Shown piece by piece: positions 18,495-28,726 of a DNA stretch of 64,000 bases (position 1 is its first letter; every line of letters begins with the position of its first letter). The position numbers and the translations under genes are program-made. Location of the stretch: assembly GCA_030055575.1 (NCBI GenBank), contig JASFYL010000001.1, forward strand, positions 3,545-67,544. The letters run 5' to 3'. Under the pieces are notes generated by a model. That model saw nothing but the letters and a program-made list of their open reading frames with translations. It did not search any database and was not told the DNA's origin. This stretch comes from Thermoproteota archaeon (lineage in GTDB: Archaea > Thermoproteota > Methanomethylicia > Methanomethylicales > Methanomethylicaceae).

Positions 18495-20495
18495 ATGGCA
18501 CCAATAGTTGTCACCTCTGCCCTTCCATATAGTAACGATCGTCTTCATCTTGGGCACCTTAGGTCAACCTACCTGCCGCCCGATGTCTTTGTCAGATATC
18601 TGAGGAGAAAGGGAGAGGATGTGATATTCATCTGTGCCACAGATGAGCACGGGACGCCTATCGCGCTCAGAGCCGAAAAGGAACATGTGGATCCTAAGGA
18701 CATAACGGATCGGTACCACCCAGTCATAAAAGAAGACTTGGAGAGGATGGGTTGCAGCTTTGACTATTTCTCAAGGACAACCGACCAGATTCACTACGAG
18801 ATGACTCAGCATGTCTTTAACGTGCTGTTCGAAAAGGGGTACATCTACGAGCAGGAAATCGAACTCCTTCGTTGCCCAAAATGCAACAAATATCTTCCTG
18901 ATCGTTACGTCGAGGGTACGTGCCCTTTCTGCGGATACGAAGGCGCACGAGGGGACTCGTGCGACTCATGCGGGCGCTATCTGCGGATTACTGAGCTCAA
19001 GGATGCGAAATGTGCAATATGCGGGTCTAAGCCTGAGCCTACATCCACAAAGCACTGGTTCTTTAGGCTCACGGCATTCAGCGATCTCCTGAAAGCATGG
19101 TTAGAAGGAAACAACAGGATTCCAGAAAATGTCAGGAGGTACGCCCTGCAATGGATTAATGAGGGGCTGCACGACTGGGATATCACGAGAGATATGCGCT
19201 GGGGCGTCCCAGTTCCGGTAGAGGGTGGAGAGGGCAAGGTGGTTTACGTTTGGTTCGACGCCCCTATCGGCTATATCTCCTCGACGCGGGCCTATTTTAA
19301 CGCGAAGGGTACGCCTGAAGGTTGGAAGAGGTACTGGAAAGGAGAAGGCAAGATTTTTCATTTCATCGGCAAGGACATAATCTACCACCATGCCATATTC
19401 TGGCCAGCCATGCTAATGGGTACGGGCGAGTTCAATGTGCCAGAGGCAATTATTGCTGGCGAGTATCTTACTCTCGAAGGGAGAAAGATGTCCAAGAGCA
19501 GGGGGTGGTTCATCAGTATAGAGAATTATCTCAAAACATTCGAAGCAGATCCAATGAGGTACTACTTAATATCAGTAGCACCTCTTGAAAGGGATGCCGA
19601 TTTCTCGGTAGAAGACTTTGTTAAAAGGTACAACGATGAGCTCGCAGATGTGTTGGGCAACTTCATACACCGGACCCTGATCTTTCTCGAGAGGTTCTTT
19701 GACTCAACCGTCCCAGAAGCAGAGCTGGATGAAAATGATGTGCGGGTGCTGACCTCTATCGAAAAGACAGTAACCGAGAGCGATTCGCTTTTAAGGGATA
19801 TGCGCTTCAGGGACGCGCTGGTCTCTGTGATGAACCTAGCCCGAGAGGGTAATCGATATCTAAACGAAGCAGCGCCTTGGGCTACAATCAAGGCCTCCCC
19901 CCAAAGAGCAGCCTCGGCATTATACACATCGGTACAGATAGTCAAGGCGCTTGGGAGCCTTCTATACCCATTTCTTCCATCGACATCAAAGAAAATATGG
20001 CAGATGCTTCGTATCGAGTCAGACCTATCAAAGTTGCCTTGGGAGGTAGCCTGTGAAAAACTGCCATCTGGTCACCGGGTAGGTAAGTCCTTCCCACTCT
20101 TCAAAAAGATCCCTCTCCAGGATGTACAAAAAGTGAAAGATAGCCTTCTACCTCGTAAAGACGTAGGAGAGCGGGTCTCAATTGAGGAATTCAAAAGGGC
20201 AAGAATAGCCGTTGGAGAAGTGGTCTCTGCAGAACGGATTAAGGGGTCAAAGGATCTACTCCACCTTGAGGTAGACCTTGGGGAATACGGGACGAGATCC
20301 TGTGTAGCTGGAATCGCGAAGTACTACTCCCCAGATGAGCTGCTTCACAAGCGTGTTACTGTACTCATGAATGTACAACCAGCGACACTCTTCGGATTCA
20401 AATCCGAGGTGATGATACTCGCTGCAGAGGGGGAAGCGAAGGTTGCACTGCTCGTTCCAGACCGACAAGTCCCCCCGGGCTCACAAGTCAGATGA
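18495..20495 (+). CDS. metG: Methionyl-tRNA synthetase with C-terminal tRNA-binding domain
   Basis: HLGH, TDEHGTPI, Zn knuckles, YVWFDAPIGY, KMSKS. Confidence 0.97.
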   Translation: MAPIVVTSALPYSNDRLHLGHLRSTYLPPDVFVRYLRRKGEDVIFICATDEHGTPIALRAEKEHVDPKDITDRYHPVIKEDLERMGCSFDYFSRTTDQIHYEMTQHVFNVLFEKGYIYEQEIELLRCPKCNKYLPDRYVEGTCPFCGYEGARGDSCDSCGRYLRITELKDAKCAICGSKPEPTSTKHWFFRLTAFSDLLKAWLEGNNRIPENVRRYALQWINEGLHDWDITRDMRWGVPVPVEGGEGKVVYVWFDAPIGYISSTRAYFNAKGTPEGWKRYWKGEGKIFHFIGKDIIYHHAIFWPAMLMGTGEFNVPEAIIAGEYLTLEGRKMSKSRGWFISIENYLKTFEADPMRYYLISVAPLERDADFSVEDFVKRYNDELADVLGNFIHRTLIFLERFFDSTVPEAELDENDVRVLTSIEKTVTESDSLLRDMRFRDALVSVMNLAREGNRYLNEAAPWATIKASPQRAASALYTSVQIVKALGSLLYPFLPSTSKKIWQMLRIESDLSKLPWEVACEKLPSGHRVGKSFPLFKKIPLQDVQKVKDSLLPRKDVGERVSIEEFKRARIAVGEVVSAERIKGSKDLLHLEVDLGEYGTRSCVAGIAKYYSPDELLHKRVTVLMNVQPATLFGFKSEVMILAAEGEAKVALLVPDRQVPPGSQVR

Positions 20496-20507
20496 CAGGG
20501 GGTTCTT

Positions 20508-21173
20508 TTGCTCTTCAATATCGATCTCCACGTTCACACCGACCGTTCCCCAGATGGGTGTTCGACACTTTTGGAAATCGCTGCCATCGCTAAATTGAAG
20601 GGGTTACATGGACTTGCCTTAACAGACCACGATATCATGATGCATGAAGGAGACTCAATGCGCCTCTCTCGCGAACTGGGCATTCTGGTGGTTCCTGGAG
20701 TAGAGCTGACTACGGAGGCGGGGCACCTGATAATACTTAATCCAAAACGTAACCTTCTCGGGCTCTCCATGAAAGAGGCTGCCCATGCGGCTTCGATAGA
20801 CGGATCCCCTATAATAATCCCACATCTAATGGATCCTATCAGTCACGGTATAGGTGAGGAACAGGCTCTCTCTTTGCTGACCTATTCGCCACTGATCGAG
20901 GTTTTGAATGCTTCAACATTTTCTAGATATAACCACAAGGCCTCTTTCTTTGCGACTTCGCATTCGCTACCTGCTGTGGGTGGCAGCGACGCCCACCTCG
21001 CAGATGCGGTTGGCGATGCCTATACTGTTGTCGACTCCCCTAGCCTCGAACTCGGGTCAGTCCTTGCGGCGATATCAGATGGTCGCACCATGCCCTCTGG
21101 AGGTAGAACCTCGTTAGCGACTGCAGCCAAGACTGTTTTCGCCAGATTTATGAAACGCATCTCTCGCGCATGA
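20508..21173 (+). CDS. PHP-domain phosphoesterase
   Basis: DLHVHT, LTDHD, PGVE, GGSDAH. Confidence 0.9.
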   Translation: MLFNIDLHVHTDRSPDGCSTLLEIAAIAKLKGLHGLALTDHDIMMHEGDSMRLSRELGILVVPGVELTTEAGHLIILNPKRNLLGLSMKEAAHAASIDGSPIIIPHLMDPISHGIGEEQALSLLTYSPLIEVLNASTFSRYNHKASFFATSHSLPAVGGSDAHLADAVGDAYTVVDSPSLELGSVLAAISDGRTMPSGGRTSLATAAKTVFARFMKRISRA

Positions 21174-21190
21174 ATGGAAGATGTGCGTTT

Positions 21191-22447
21191 ATGCGTGTCT
21201 TCTTAAAGACATTTGGGTGTTCTCTCAATCGCGCTGACACCGAGTCGATCACTCATCTCATAAAAGAGCACCATTTGGAGATCGTCGATTCGGAAGCTGA
21301 GGCTGACGCTGTTGTGGTGAACACGTGCACCGTTAGGGGTGAAACTGAAGAGAAGGTTTTGAGATACCTGTCTTCGTTAAGGGGAAAGCGTTTGCTGGTG
21401 ACTGGATGCATGGCAGCCGTTCAACCCGGTCTGATTGCCTGCAACTTCCCCCAATGCTCAATAGTGAGCGCCAACAACATGGATTGCATAATTGGCGCAC
21501 TGGAGAAGAAGGTGATCTCCGTGGGTTCAGGAGGATCTCCTCCCCCGCCTGCACCTTTCTCGAGGGGACTGGTGTATACAATACCCATCTCTAGGGGCTG
21601 CTTGGGAGAATGCACGTATTGTATAGTCAGACTGGCTAGGAGAACGCTTGTCAGTACACCGCCCAGCACAATATTGACAATGACTGAGAAGGCTGTAGCT
21701 TCTGGGGCCTTAGAAATAAGGTTTACAGCACAAGACACAGGAGTTTACGGGTTGGATATTGGAACTTCCCTTCATTCCTTGCTCAGAAGTGCCTCGGCCA
21801 TTACTGGCAGGTTCAAGATTAGGGTAGGGATGTTCAACCCCTCCTCGATCTCTAGTTTTTTAAACGATCTCTTGAACTGTTACCACTCCAATAAAATCTA
21901 CAAGTTTGCTCATATGCCCCTGCAGAGCGGAAGCGACAAGATACTTGAGTCCATGCGGAGAGGATACAACTCCGAAGATTTTATTAAAATCGTAAGGAGA
22001 TTCAGACAGGAGTTTCCTTGGATGACGCTTGCCACAGATGTAATTGTGGGCTACCCCGGAGAATTGGAGGAGGACTTCAAAAATACTTTGGATCTACTGC
22101 GCCTCCTCGAACCAGACAAGATCCATGCTTCGAGGTTCTCGCCTCGCCCGCATACCCCAGCCGCCTCACTGAAGCAGGTTCCTGAGCCGGTTAAGAAGGA
22201 GCGCAGCCGGATAATGTCTTCCCTGAGGCTTTCGATCCAAAACGAAAGAAACAAAAGGTGGGTTGGAAAAGAGGTTGAGGCTACCGTCGTGGAACACAAA
22301 AGAGGAGTTGGTCTCCTCGCGAGGACAGACGAGTACAAATCCGTGTTAATAAAGGAAGACCATCCTTTACTGCTTGGCTCAAGAGTATTTTTGGAAATAA
22401 TCGCGTGCTCCCCATTCAGGCTGGTTGGTAGCGTCATCCGCCGCTGA
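21191..22447 (+). CDS. MiaB-like tRNA methylthiotransferase (archaeal/eukaryotic MtaB type)
   Basis: TFGCSLN, NTCTV, GCLGECTYC, TDVIVGYPGE, C-terminal TRAM-like region. Confidence 0.9.
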   Translation: MRVFLKTFGCSLNRADTESITHLIKEHHLEIVDSEAEADAVVVNTCTVRGETEEKVLRYLSSLRGKRLLVTGCMAAVQPGLIACNFPQCSIVSANNMDCIIGALEKKVISVGSGGSPPPPAPFSRGLVYTIPISRGCLGECTYCIVRLARRTLVSTPPSTILTMTEKAVASGALEIRFTAQDTGVYGLDIGTSLHSLLRSASAITGRFKIRVGMFNPSSISSFLNDLLNCYHSNKIYKFAHMPLQSGSDKILESMRRGYNSEDFIKIVRRFRQEFPWMTLATDVIVGYPGELEEDFKNTLDLLRLLEPDKIHASRFSPRPHTPAASLKQVPEPVKKERSRIMSSLRLSIQNERNKRWVGKEVEATVVEHKRGVGLLARTDEYKSVLIKEDHPLLLGSRVFLEIIACSPFRLVGSVIRR

Positions 22448-22709
22448 CTGGTGGCAGTATTGCAATCGAGTCACCCGCAGGCTCGCCGAAACACTCGCTG
22501 CCCACAAGCCGGTTTCCAGACAGAACTTTGTATCTCCCATCAAATCGCTCTTCTACGAATATGACCCTTCCTACCTCAGGAAAATTCTCTCGCACCTTTT
22601 CCAATACCTCTTTTATGGTCGGACATTTCTCGAATTCGATGGTGACTTTATCTTTTCCGACTTTCTCCCTCAAATTAGCGAAGAGTCTGATTCGCACCGA
22701 TACGCCCAT
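22434..22709 (-). CDS. MoaD/SAMP ubiquitin-like sulfur carrier
   Basis: VRIRLFANLRE start, C-terminal PPVSGG. Confidence 0.9.
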   Translation of the reverse strand: MGVSVRIRLFANLREKVGKDKVTIEFEKCPTIKEVLEKVRENFPEVGRVIFVEERFDGRYKVLSGNRLVGSECFGEPAGDSIAILPPVSGG

Positions 22710-22713
22710 TGAT

Positions 22714-23001
22714 CTACTCCTCATTAACCGACTTATTGATCTGCTCCTCCATTATGTGCCCTTTACATACCACTGTAGCTTTCTTTACCCCTGGCACACT
22801 CATAACCGCCTTCTTTATCTCCTGCGCGAGATAAAATGCGATGGGGCACATTGGGCTGGAGGGAACAAACTCAAGCTTCACTACCCCGTCTTTCTCTTCC
22901 AAATTGTCAATAAGCTGCATATCCACCATACTCATGCCTGTTTCTGGATCCATGACGTTCTTAAGGGCATCAAGCACCTTAGTTTCTATCTCTTTTCCCA
23001 T
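22714..23001 (-). CDS. DUF59 (SufT/MIP18-like) Fe-S assembly protein
   Basis: ALKNVMDPETGMSMVDM, SPMCP. Confidence 0.88.
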   Translation of the reverse strand: MGKEIETKVLDALKNVMDPETGMSMVDMQLIDNLEEKDGVVKLEFVPSSPMCPIAFYLAQEIKKAVMSVPGVKKATVVCKGHIMEEQINKSVNEE

Positions 23002-23273
23002 CGCTATCCCTGTTTTCTATTGACCACTGAAGTATAAATAGATTAGATTTCAATCCTTCACAGCTATGGTGGATGCCCAAAACTGAAGGGTGAAGTCTTG
23101 AGAAAACAGTTAACGCATGCTATTTTTAAGATCTAAATTAATGTTTATATTTTTATTTGATATTATATTGATTAATAGTTTCTGTCTTGGTATCTAGAGA
23201 TTGGTTAATCAAAGAAATATGCGCCAGAAGCCTTGCCAGGCTCTAATAATTTCCGCCTACTCGTTTCCTTTTT

Positions 23274-23298
23274 ATGTTAGATTTTTGTAATCTAACAT
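23274..23298. promoter_or_regulatory. Perfect 10-bp inverted repeat, candidate operator
   Basis: ATGTTAGATT-N5-AATCTAACAT, about 10 nt before TTATAAAT. Confidence 0.5.
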
Positions 23299-23948
23299 GC
23301 GATCATATTATAAATTAATAATTTGACAATTTCATTAAAAATCTACTAAATGTTAATGCTTCTTGGGCACTCCCTGCTCTTTTCCAAGGAAGACTTCCTT
23401 TACCGAACTATTGATAGACGCTGATGCTTGACTTTCCATAAAATCTTGTTGCACATCAAACGGACATGTTTGTTGCCATTGCCTTGTGCTGAAGCATTAT
23501 GTGCTGTTGCCCTTAACATGATTGATGTCGTTTCACAGTGCGCTGAACTTAATTATCAAGTTCCTTGTTATTTTTGACCATTGACAAATGAACCTTTTTC
23601 TCGAGCAGTTTGCCATAGGATCCTTCTTCCCAGCTTTGCGCCCAGCACGTTCTTTCCAAAAATAGCTGTTTTTACTTGCACTCTTTTTATGGGTAAATAC
23701 GGTGATAATTTCGAGCCATCAAGACGTTGTTAGGACTCATGAACTAACATGGCACCTCTCACATCATGCACCTTGGAAAGTACTTCCAGTTAAATAACTA
23801 CATTATACAATTTAGTCATTTATCTTAATTGAAGAAAAGTTTATATTTAGAAACATTTTAAAAATGAAGGTCATAAATTAAGGAGGTCTCATCACCATAT
23901 CATGCCTTCGCCTCTTTACAGAAGAACCTTTTGCATGCACATGTACAC

Positions 23949-23987
23949 TAAATTCAGAGCTAAATTATTGTGTCGTATCTGAATTTA
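23949..23987. promoter_or_regulatory. Perfect 10-bp inverted repeat in the leader of the antiporter operon
   Basis: TAAATTCAGA-N19-TCTGAATTTA, about 30 nt before the nuoL-like start. Confidence 0.4.
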
Positions 23988-24018
23988 CAACACCTGATCA
24001 AATTGCTGACTGGTGGGC

Positions 24019-25947
24019 ATGATGGAACTATCTCCGATCTGGTTATCAATCATTCTGCCTGCAGCAATCGGATTAACCTCCTATGTGGCAGGTAGGCGAG
24101 CAGGGTATTTCGTTACCGCATCTTCAGCTTTTTCGTTCTTAATAATTATATCACTAATTGAAATGTTCATTAATGGAGGATCCCTGCATATCGAAGGCTT
24201 CGCGTGGTGGCCAATCCCTGTATCTCCACTGAATTTTGGACTAATAATTGACCCCTTAAGTGTATTGATGGGCAGCATCGTTTCTTTCATATCCCTCATT
24301 GTTTTCCTCTACTCGATTGGATATATGAAACAAGAGGAAGGGGCGCCACGTTTCTGGTTTTTTATGGGCTGCTTCGAGTCTAGCATGTTGTTGCTTGTCT
24401 TCTCGGACAACCTGGTGATGACTTTCTTAGGATGGGAGGGGGTGGGTTTATGCAGCTATTTCCTCATCGGTCACTACTACCGGGATCAGCGAGAGAAGTG
24501 GCTGGGGGGTCCTGACGGAGTTGCACCTTATGTCCGACCATCGCTTTGTGGAGAAAAAGCCCTCCTCACAACTGGTTTTGCAGACTCGATTATGCTAATT
24601 GGAATTATGTTATTATACTCAATTTACGGTACATTCAACTTCCATGAATTGCAGTTGATGGCGTCCTCGAGCTCTGTAGACTCGGGACTCATCTTGGCAG
24701 CCTCAGTATGTCTGATAATGGGTCCGTTGGGGAAATCTGCACAATTTCCATTTCATGAATGGCTGCCCGAGGCTATGTCTGGTCCGACCCCAGTCAGCGC
24801 TCTCCTCCATTCTGCCACAATGGTTAAGGCGGGTGTCTACCTAGTCGCAAGGGTCTCACCCCTATTCTATATTCTTTCCGGGATGTACCCTGGATCCATG
24901 AACTTTTTCCTAATCGCTTCCGTGGCGGGTCTGCTCACAGCCATCATAGGCTCAATTTATGGCACGATTGCTTACGAGATGAAGAAAGTTCTTGCGTACT
25001 CCACGATCTCACAACTCGGTTTCATGTTTGTGGCGCTAGGGATTTCAGGGATCTCGGGGGATCCTCTGCTAGGTCTATCTGCTGGCATCTTCCACCTACT
25101 TGCACACTCGATCTTCAAGGCGGCTCTCTTCCTTGGGGCGGGTTCGGCGATACATGCATCCCACACTATCTACATCACCGAAATGGGCCAGCTGAGGAAG
25201 GCTTGCCCCAAAACCTTTCTGGCTATGACAGTATCAGCGCTCAGCCTGTGCGCCCTCCCTCCGCTTATGGGTTTTTGGAGCAAAGATGCCATCTTGGCTG
25301 CAGTTTACCCTGTGAATTTTGCAGCCGCAGCTCTTTTGGCAGCCTCATCCGCATTGACTTGTTTCTATTCGATTCGCCTCATTTGGTATACTTTTCTTGC
25401 CCCCTCAAAGAAAAAGATCCACTCCCACGAAGAGTGGTTACTTGTAGGACCGGCGCTCTTCCTTTCTGGAATTACCCTTTTCTTGGGCCTCTTCGGGAAA
25501 TCAATAGAGCACACAGTCAGCGAGTCGTTGTCCCATGCCTTAGAATTGACAATGGCACACGAGACAGACGCATATGTCGCAATCGGAATGAGCATGGCGG
25601 CTCTTTCTTTAGGGTTTGCTTCGGCGTACCTCAAATATTTTAGAAAGCCTTGCTCTTCAGAAAAGGCAAATCCATATGCTTTAACAGGCTTGAGGAGGGT
25701 CCTTACGGATAGGCCGGTTGACAAGTCATACAGCTTGCTCTCGGCTTCTCTAAAGAGGTTCTCGCGTGCCGTTTATGATTTCGAAATTTTACTCAACAAA
25801 TTCAACCTGGCAGTTGCAAGCTCGGTGATGACCATAGCGAGGAATCTGAGCAGCATTCATTCAGGGGATCTGAACAGGTACCTTGGGATAGCCGCCGTGC
25901 TCATGCTTCTGCTCCTTGTTATTATGTTGCTGGTGGGGTCTGCATGA
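24019..25947 (+). CDS. NuoL/MrpA-like antiporter subunit
   Basis: GWEGVGLCSYFLIG, KSAQFPFHEWLPEAMSGPTPVSALLHSATMVKAG, HSIFKA. Confidence 0.92.
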   Translation: MMELSPIWLSIILPAAIGLTSYVAGRRAGYFVTASSAFSFLIIISLIEMFINGGSLHIEGFAWWPIPVSPLNFGLIIDPLSVLMGSIVSFISLIVFLYSIGYMKQEEGAPRFWFFMGCFESSMLLLVFSDNLVMTFLGWEGVGLCSYFLIGHYYRDQREKWLGGPDGVAPYVRPSLCGEKALLTTGFADSIMLIGIMLLYSIYGTFNFHELQLMASSSSVDSGLILAASVCLIMGPLGKSAQFPFHEWLPEAMSGPTPVSALLHSATMVKAGVYLVARVSPLFYILSGMYPGSMNFFLIASVAGLLTAIIGSIYGTIAYEMKKVLAYSTISQLGFMFVALGISGISGDPLLGLSAGIFHLLAHSIFKAALFLGAGSAIHASHTIYITEMGQLRKACPKTFLAMTVSALSLCALPPLMGFWSKDAILAAVYPVNFAAAALLAASSALTCFYSIRLIWYTFLAPSKKKIHSHEEWLLVGPALFLSGITLFLGLFGKSIEHTVSESLSHALELTMAHETDAYVAIGMSMAALSLGFASAYLKYFRKPCSSEKANPYALTGLRRVLTDRPVDKSYSLLSASLKRFSRAVYDFEILLNKFNLAVASSVMTIARNLSSIHSGDLNRYLGIAAVLMLLLLVIMLLVGSA

Positions 25948-27383
25948 GCCTCCTCTACATTGTGTTAATTCCGATTTTATTCGTGCCGATCGTATACTTC
26001 TTGGGTACCCGCATTTCTCACAGAGTGGGATATGTCGCCGCCGTAGCACCATTTCTTGGTTTGCTGCAAGCTATTTGGTGTTTCCCTACTCTTCTAAGCG
26101 GAAAAAGAATAGTCTCCGATCTTGGCTGGGTGAGCTATCTGGGGCTGGATCTAAACTTTAACCTCTCAATCGATGGCATTAGCCTGATCTACAGCATCGC
26201 CATCGCCTCTGTGTCCGCTGCAGTATGCGTCTACTCGGTAGATTACATGGACCACAGGGTTCATGAAATGGGTTTGGAAGGTGAGGACAGAAAAAAAGCA
26301 TTCTCAAGGTTCTACTCAGCATACCTCCTCTTCTACCTAGGCATGATTGGTACGGTCATATCCACCAACATCGTGCAGTTTTACCTCTTCTACGAGCTGA
26401 TCCTCATCAGTACATGGCTCCTGATCCACATCTTTGGTTATGGCGAAAAGGAAAAAATTGCGCTTACATATTTCATCTGGACCCACCTGAGTGGGCTCTT
26501 AGTCCTGATCGGGTTTGCCTTTCACTATATGGCTACCGGGAGCATTGCTATGGTTTCCTTCAATCAGTACTCTATTGGTTCGCTCCTCCTCTTGATTGGA
26601 TTCTCCATCAAGATGGCTGCATTTGGTCTTCACACATGGTTACCTTTGGCTCATGGGGAGGCACCAACGCCGATCAGCGCTCTCTTGAGTCCAGTGACAA
26701 TTGGTATAGGTGCCTATGGCATAATCAGAATGGCACTTCCCGCAGTTGTCGAGTTCTCAAATTGGGTACTACTCTGGGCATTGGTGACAATCGTCTTCGG
26801 CGGACTCATGGCGCTCTCTGAAGATGACATAAAGCGACTTTTGGCATACTCGAGCATAAGCCACATGGGCTACATGATGCTTGGAATTGCTTCCTTGACA
26901 TATATCGGCATTAGCGGAGTAGTGTATCACTACTTGACACATGCTTTCTTGAAGGCTGTGCTCTTCATGGGTGCCGGAGCCATAATGATGCAGCTTGGAG
27001 GGATCAGGAAGATAAGTCTGATGGGAGGTCTTGCCTCAAAAACTCCCATTGTCGCATTGTTCCTTGCTTCAGGGTTCTTAGGGTTAGCTGGCTTCCCACC
27101 ATTCCCAGGCTTCAATTCTAAGCTTATAATACTTGCCGGGGCTTTCTCAGGGGCGAACGGATTTGCATCCCTCTGTATTGTGGCTGGCGCAGCTTTCTCA
27201 TCTATCTTGACTATCGCTTATGGTGCTGAGGCGCTCAGGAGATCGATGTTCGGAGAGATAAAGGAAGGACTCGAAGTAAAGCGCTTAAGTAATACGATGG
27301 TATTGCCAATGGTCTTTATGCTACTGCTCGCAATTTTATTCTTCTTTATGCCTTGGTTAGTGATCTTGCCTTTGGAGGCATGA
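25944..27383 (+). CDS. NuoM/MrpD-like antiporter subunit
   Basis: FYLFYELILI, HTWLPLAHGEAPTPIS, KRLLAYSSISHMG. Confidence 0.92.
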   Translation: MSLLYIVLIPILFVPIVYFLGTRISHRVGYVAAVAPFLGLLQAIWCFPTLLSGKRIVSDLGWVSYLGLDLNFNLSIDGISLIYSIAIASVSAAVCVYSVDYMDHRVHEMGLEGEDRKKAFSRFYSAYLLFYLGMIGTVISTNIVQFYLFYELILISTWLLIHIFGYGEKEKIALTYFIWTHLSGLLVLIGFAFHYMATGSIAMVSFNQYSIGSLLLLIGFSIKMAAFGLHTWLPLAHGEAPTPISALLSPVTIGIGAYGIIRMALPAVVEFSNWVLLWALVTIVFGGLMALSEDDIKRLLAYSSISHMGYMMLGIASLTYIGISGVVYHYLTHAFLKAVLFMGAGAIMMQLGGIRKISLMGGLASKTPIVALFLASGFLGLAGFPPFPGFNSKLIILAGAFSGANGFASLCIVAGAAFSSILTIAYGAEALRRSMFGEIKEGLEVKRLSNTMVLPMVFMLLLAILFFFMPWLVILPLEA

Positions 27384-27386
27384 TGT

Positions 27387-27878
27387 ATGATAGTCAAGGT
27401 TCTGTTCATGGCATTTGTCTCATTCCTGGTCTACGTTAGCCTTGTTGGAAGCATTGGTACAGACGAGTTGATAATTGGAGCAATTATCTCGATAATCATA
27501 GGTGTTATTACGAGGAACCTGGTAGTGTCCGACGAGAAGAAGGTCTTGAGCCCGAGGAAGTGGCTCGGCGCATTTTGGTATCTTGCGGTCTACTGGATCC
27601 GATACGAGACGACCTCGCATCTTGATGTAGTTAAGAGGATATTCACGATGAAATACAACCCATCAATTGTGAGGGTACCGTTCAATCTTACCTCTGAATA
27701 CGGGGTAACGGCGGTGGGCAACTCCATCACTAATACCCCTGGTACCGTGGTAGTTGATATCGACGAAAAGCGTGGGTACTACTATGTGCACTGGATCGAC
27801 GCACCTTCTGTCGAAGAGGAATATTGCTACAAAGCGATTAGCAAAGGTTTCGAGGAGCTGGTGAGGCGGTTCCTATGA
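27387..27878 (+). CDS. MrpE/MbhA subunit
   Basis: PSIVRVP, NSITNTPGTVVVD, YVHWID. Confidence 0.92.
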   Translation: MIVKVLFMAFVSFLVYVSLVGSIGTDELIIGAIISIIIGVITRNLVVSDEKKVLSPRKWLGAFWYLAVYWIRYETTSHLDVVKRIFTMKYNPSIVRVPFNLTSEYGVTAVGNSITNTPGTVVVDIDEKRGYYYVHWIDAPSVEEEYCYKAISKGFEELVRRFL

Positions 27879-28144
27879 TAGACTTGCTTTTAAATGTCGC
27901 AATATCTATGTTTGTGCTCTCGATAGTGTTCTCACTATACCGGATGATCCGCGGTCCTACGGTGCCTGACCGTATGCTCGCGCTCGATGTGATCTCCTAT
28001 GGTCTTGCAGTCGTGATGGGGCTGATTGCAATAGTCTCAGGGTCGCCCTACCTTATCGTCATCAGCTTCTCTCTGGCGCTTTGGTTCTTCATAGGCGCTT
28101 TGTATGTCGCTAGGTATCTGGAGGGTGAAGAGATTGGTGAATGA
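27875..28144 (+). CDS. MrpF/MbhB subunit
   Basis: RMIRGPTVPDRMLALD, ARYLE. Confidence 0.92.
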   Translation: MIDLLLNVAISMFVLSIVFSLYRMIRGPTVPDRMLALDVISYGLAVVMGLIAIVSGSPYLIVISFSLALWFFIGALYVARYLEGEEIGE

Positions 28145-28487
28145 GCTTCTCGAGATAATTGGCATCTTCTTGGTGGTTCTTGGAGGGCTGCTCAATATTA
28201 TCGGGTCGATCGGCATGTTGCGATTCCCATCTTATTTCTTGAGAATCCACGCTGCGACGGTAGCTGTGATTGGGGGGTCGGTAGTCCCTCTCGTGGGGAT
28301 AGCCTTCCTTTCGTATGGGATCCACGGAAGCGAGGGAGTCGTGACATCCCTCGGGGCATTAGGGACGGCAGCTTTCATATTCATTACCGCCCCGGTATCT
28401 TCCCACGCTATTTCAAGAGCTGCCGCACGGATGAGGATGCCGAGGGGCCCTTTGACTCACGACCACCTGGAGGAAGATGGGAAATGA
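28137..28487 (+). CDS. MrpG/MbhC subunit
   Basis: IGMLRFPSYFLRIHAAT, TAPVSSHAISRAA. Confidence 0.92.
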   Translation: MNELLEIIGIFLVVLGGLLNIIGSIGMLRFPSYFLRIHAATVAVIGGSVVPLVGIAFLSYGIHGSEGVVTSLGALGTAAFIFITAPVSSHAISRAAARMRMPRGPLTHDHLEEDGK

Positions 28488-28726
28488 TGGAGCTAATCGT
28501 CAATCTGTTGCTCGCATCATGTGTAATGCTTACCGCTGCGATCGTGTATACCAAGGATCTTCTCCTTGCGGTGGTGTTGTCAGGCGCAGAGGGGGTAATG
28601 GTAGCCGTCATCTTCTACCTCCTCTTGGCACCAGATATTGCCTTGGTTCAGGTGGCAGCCGGGGTCGGCATTTCTACTGCGTTCTTCATTGTGGGTCTTA
28701 GGAAGCTGAGGAGGCATGAAGAATGA
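28484..28726 (+). CDS. MbhD/DUF4040 subunit
   Basis: KDLLLAVV, LAPDIALVQVAAG. Confidence 0.88.
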   Translation: MMELIVNLLLASCVMLTAAIVYTKDLLLAVVLSGAEGVMVAVIFYLLLAPDIALVQVAAGVGISTAFFIVGLRKLRRHEE

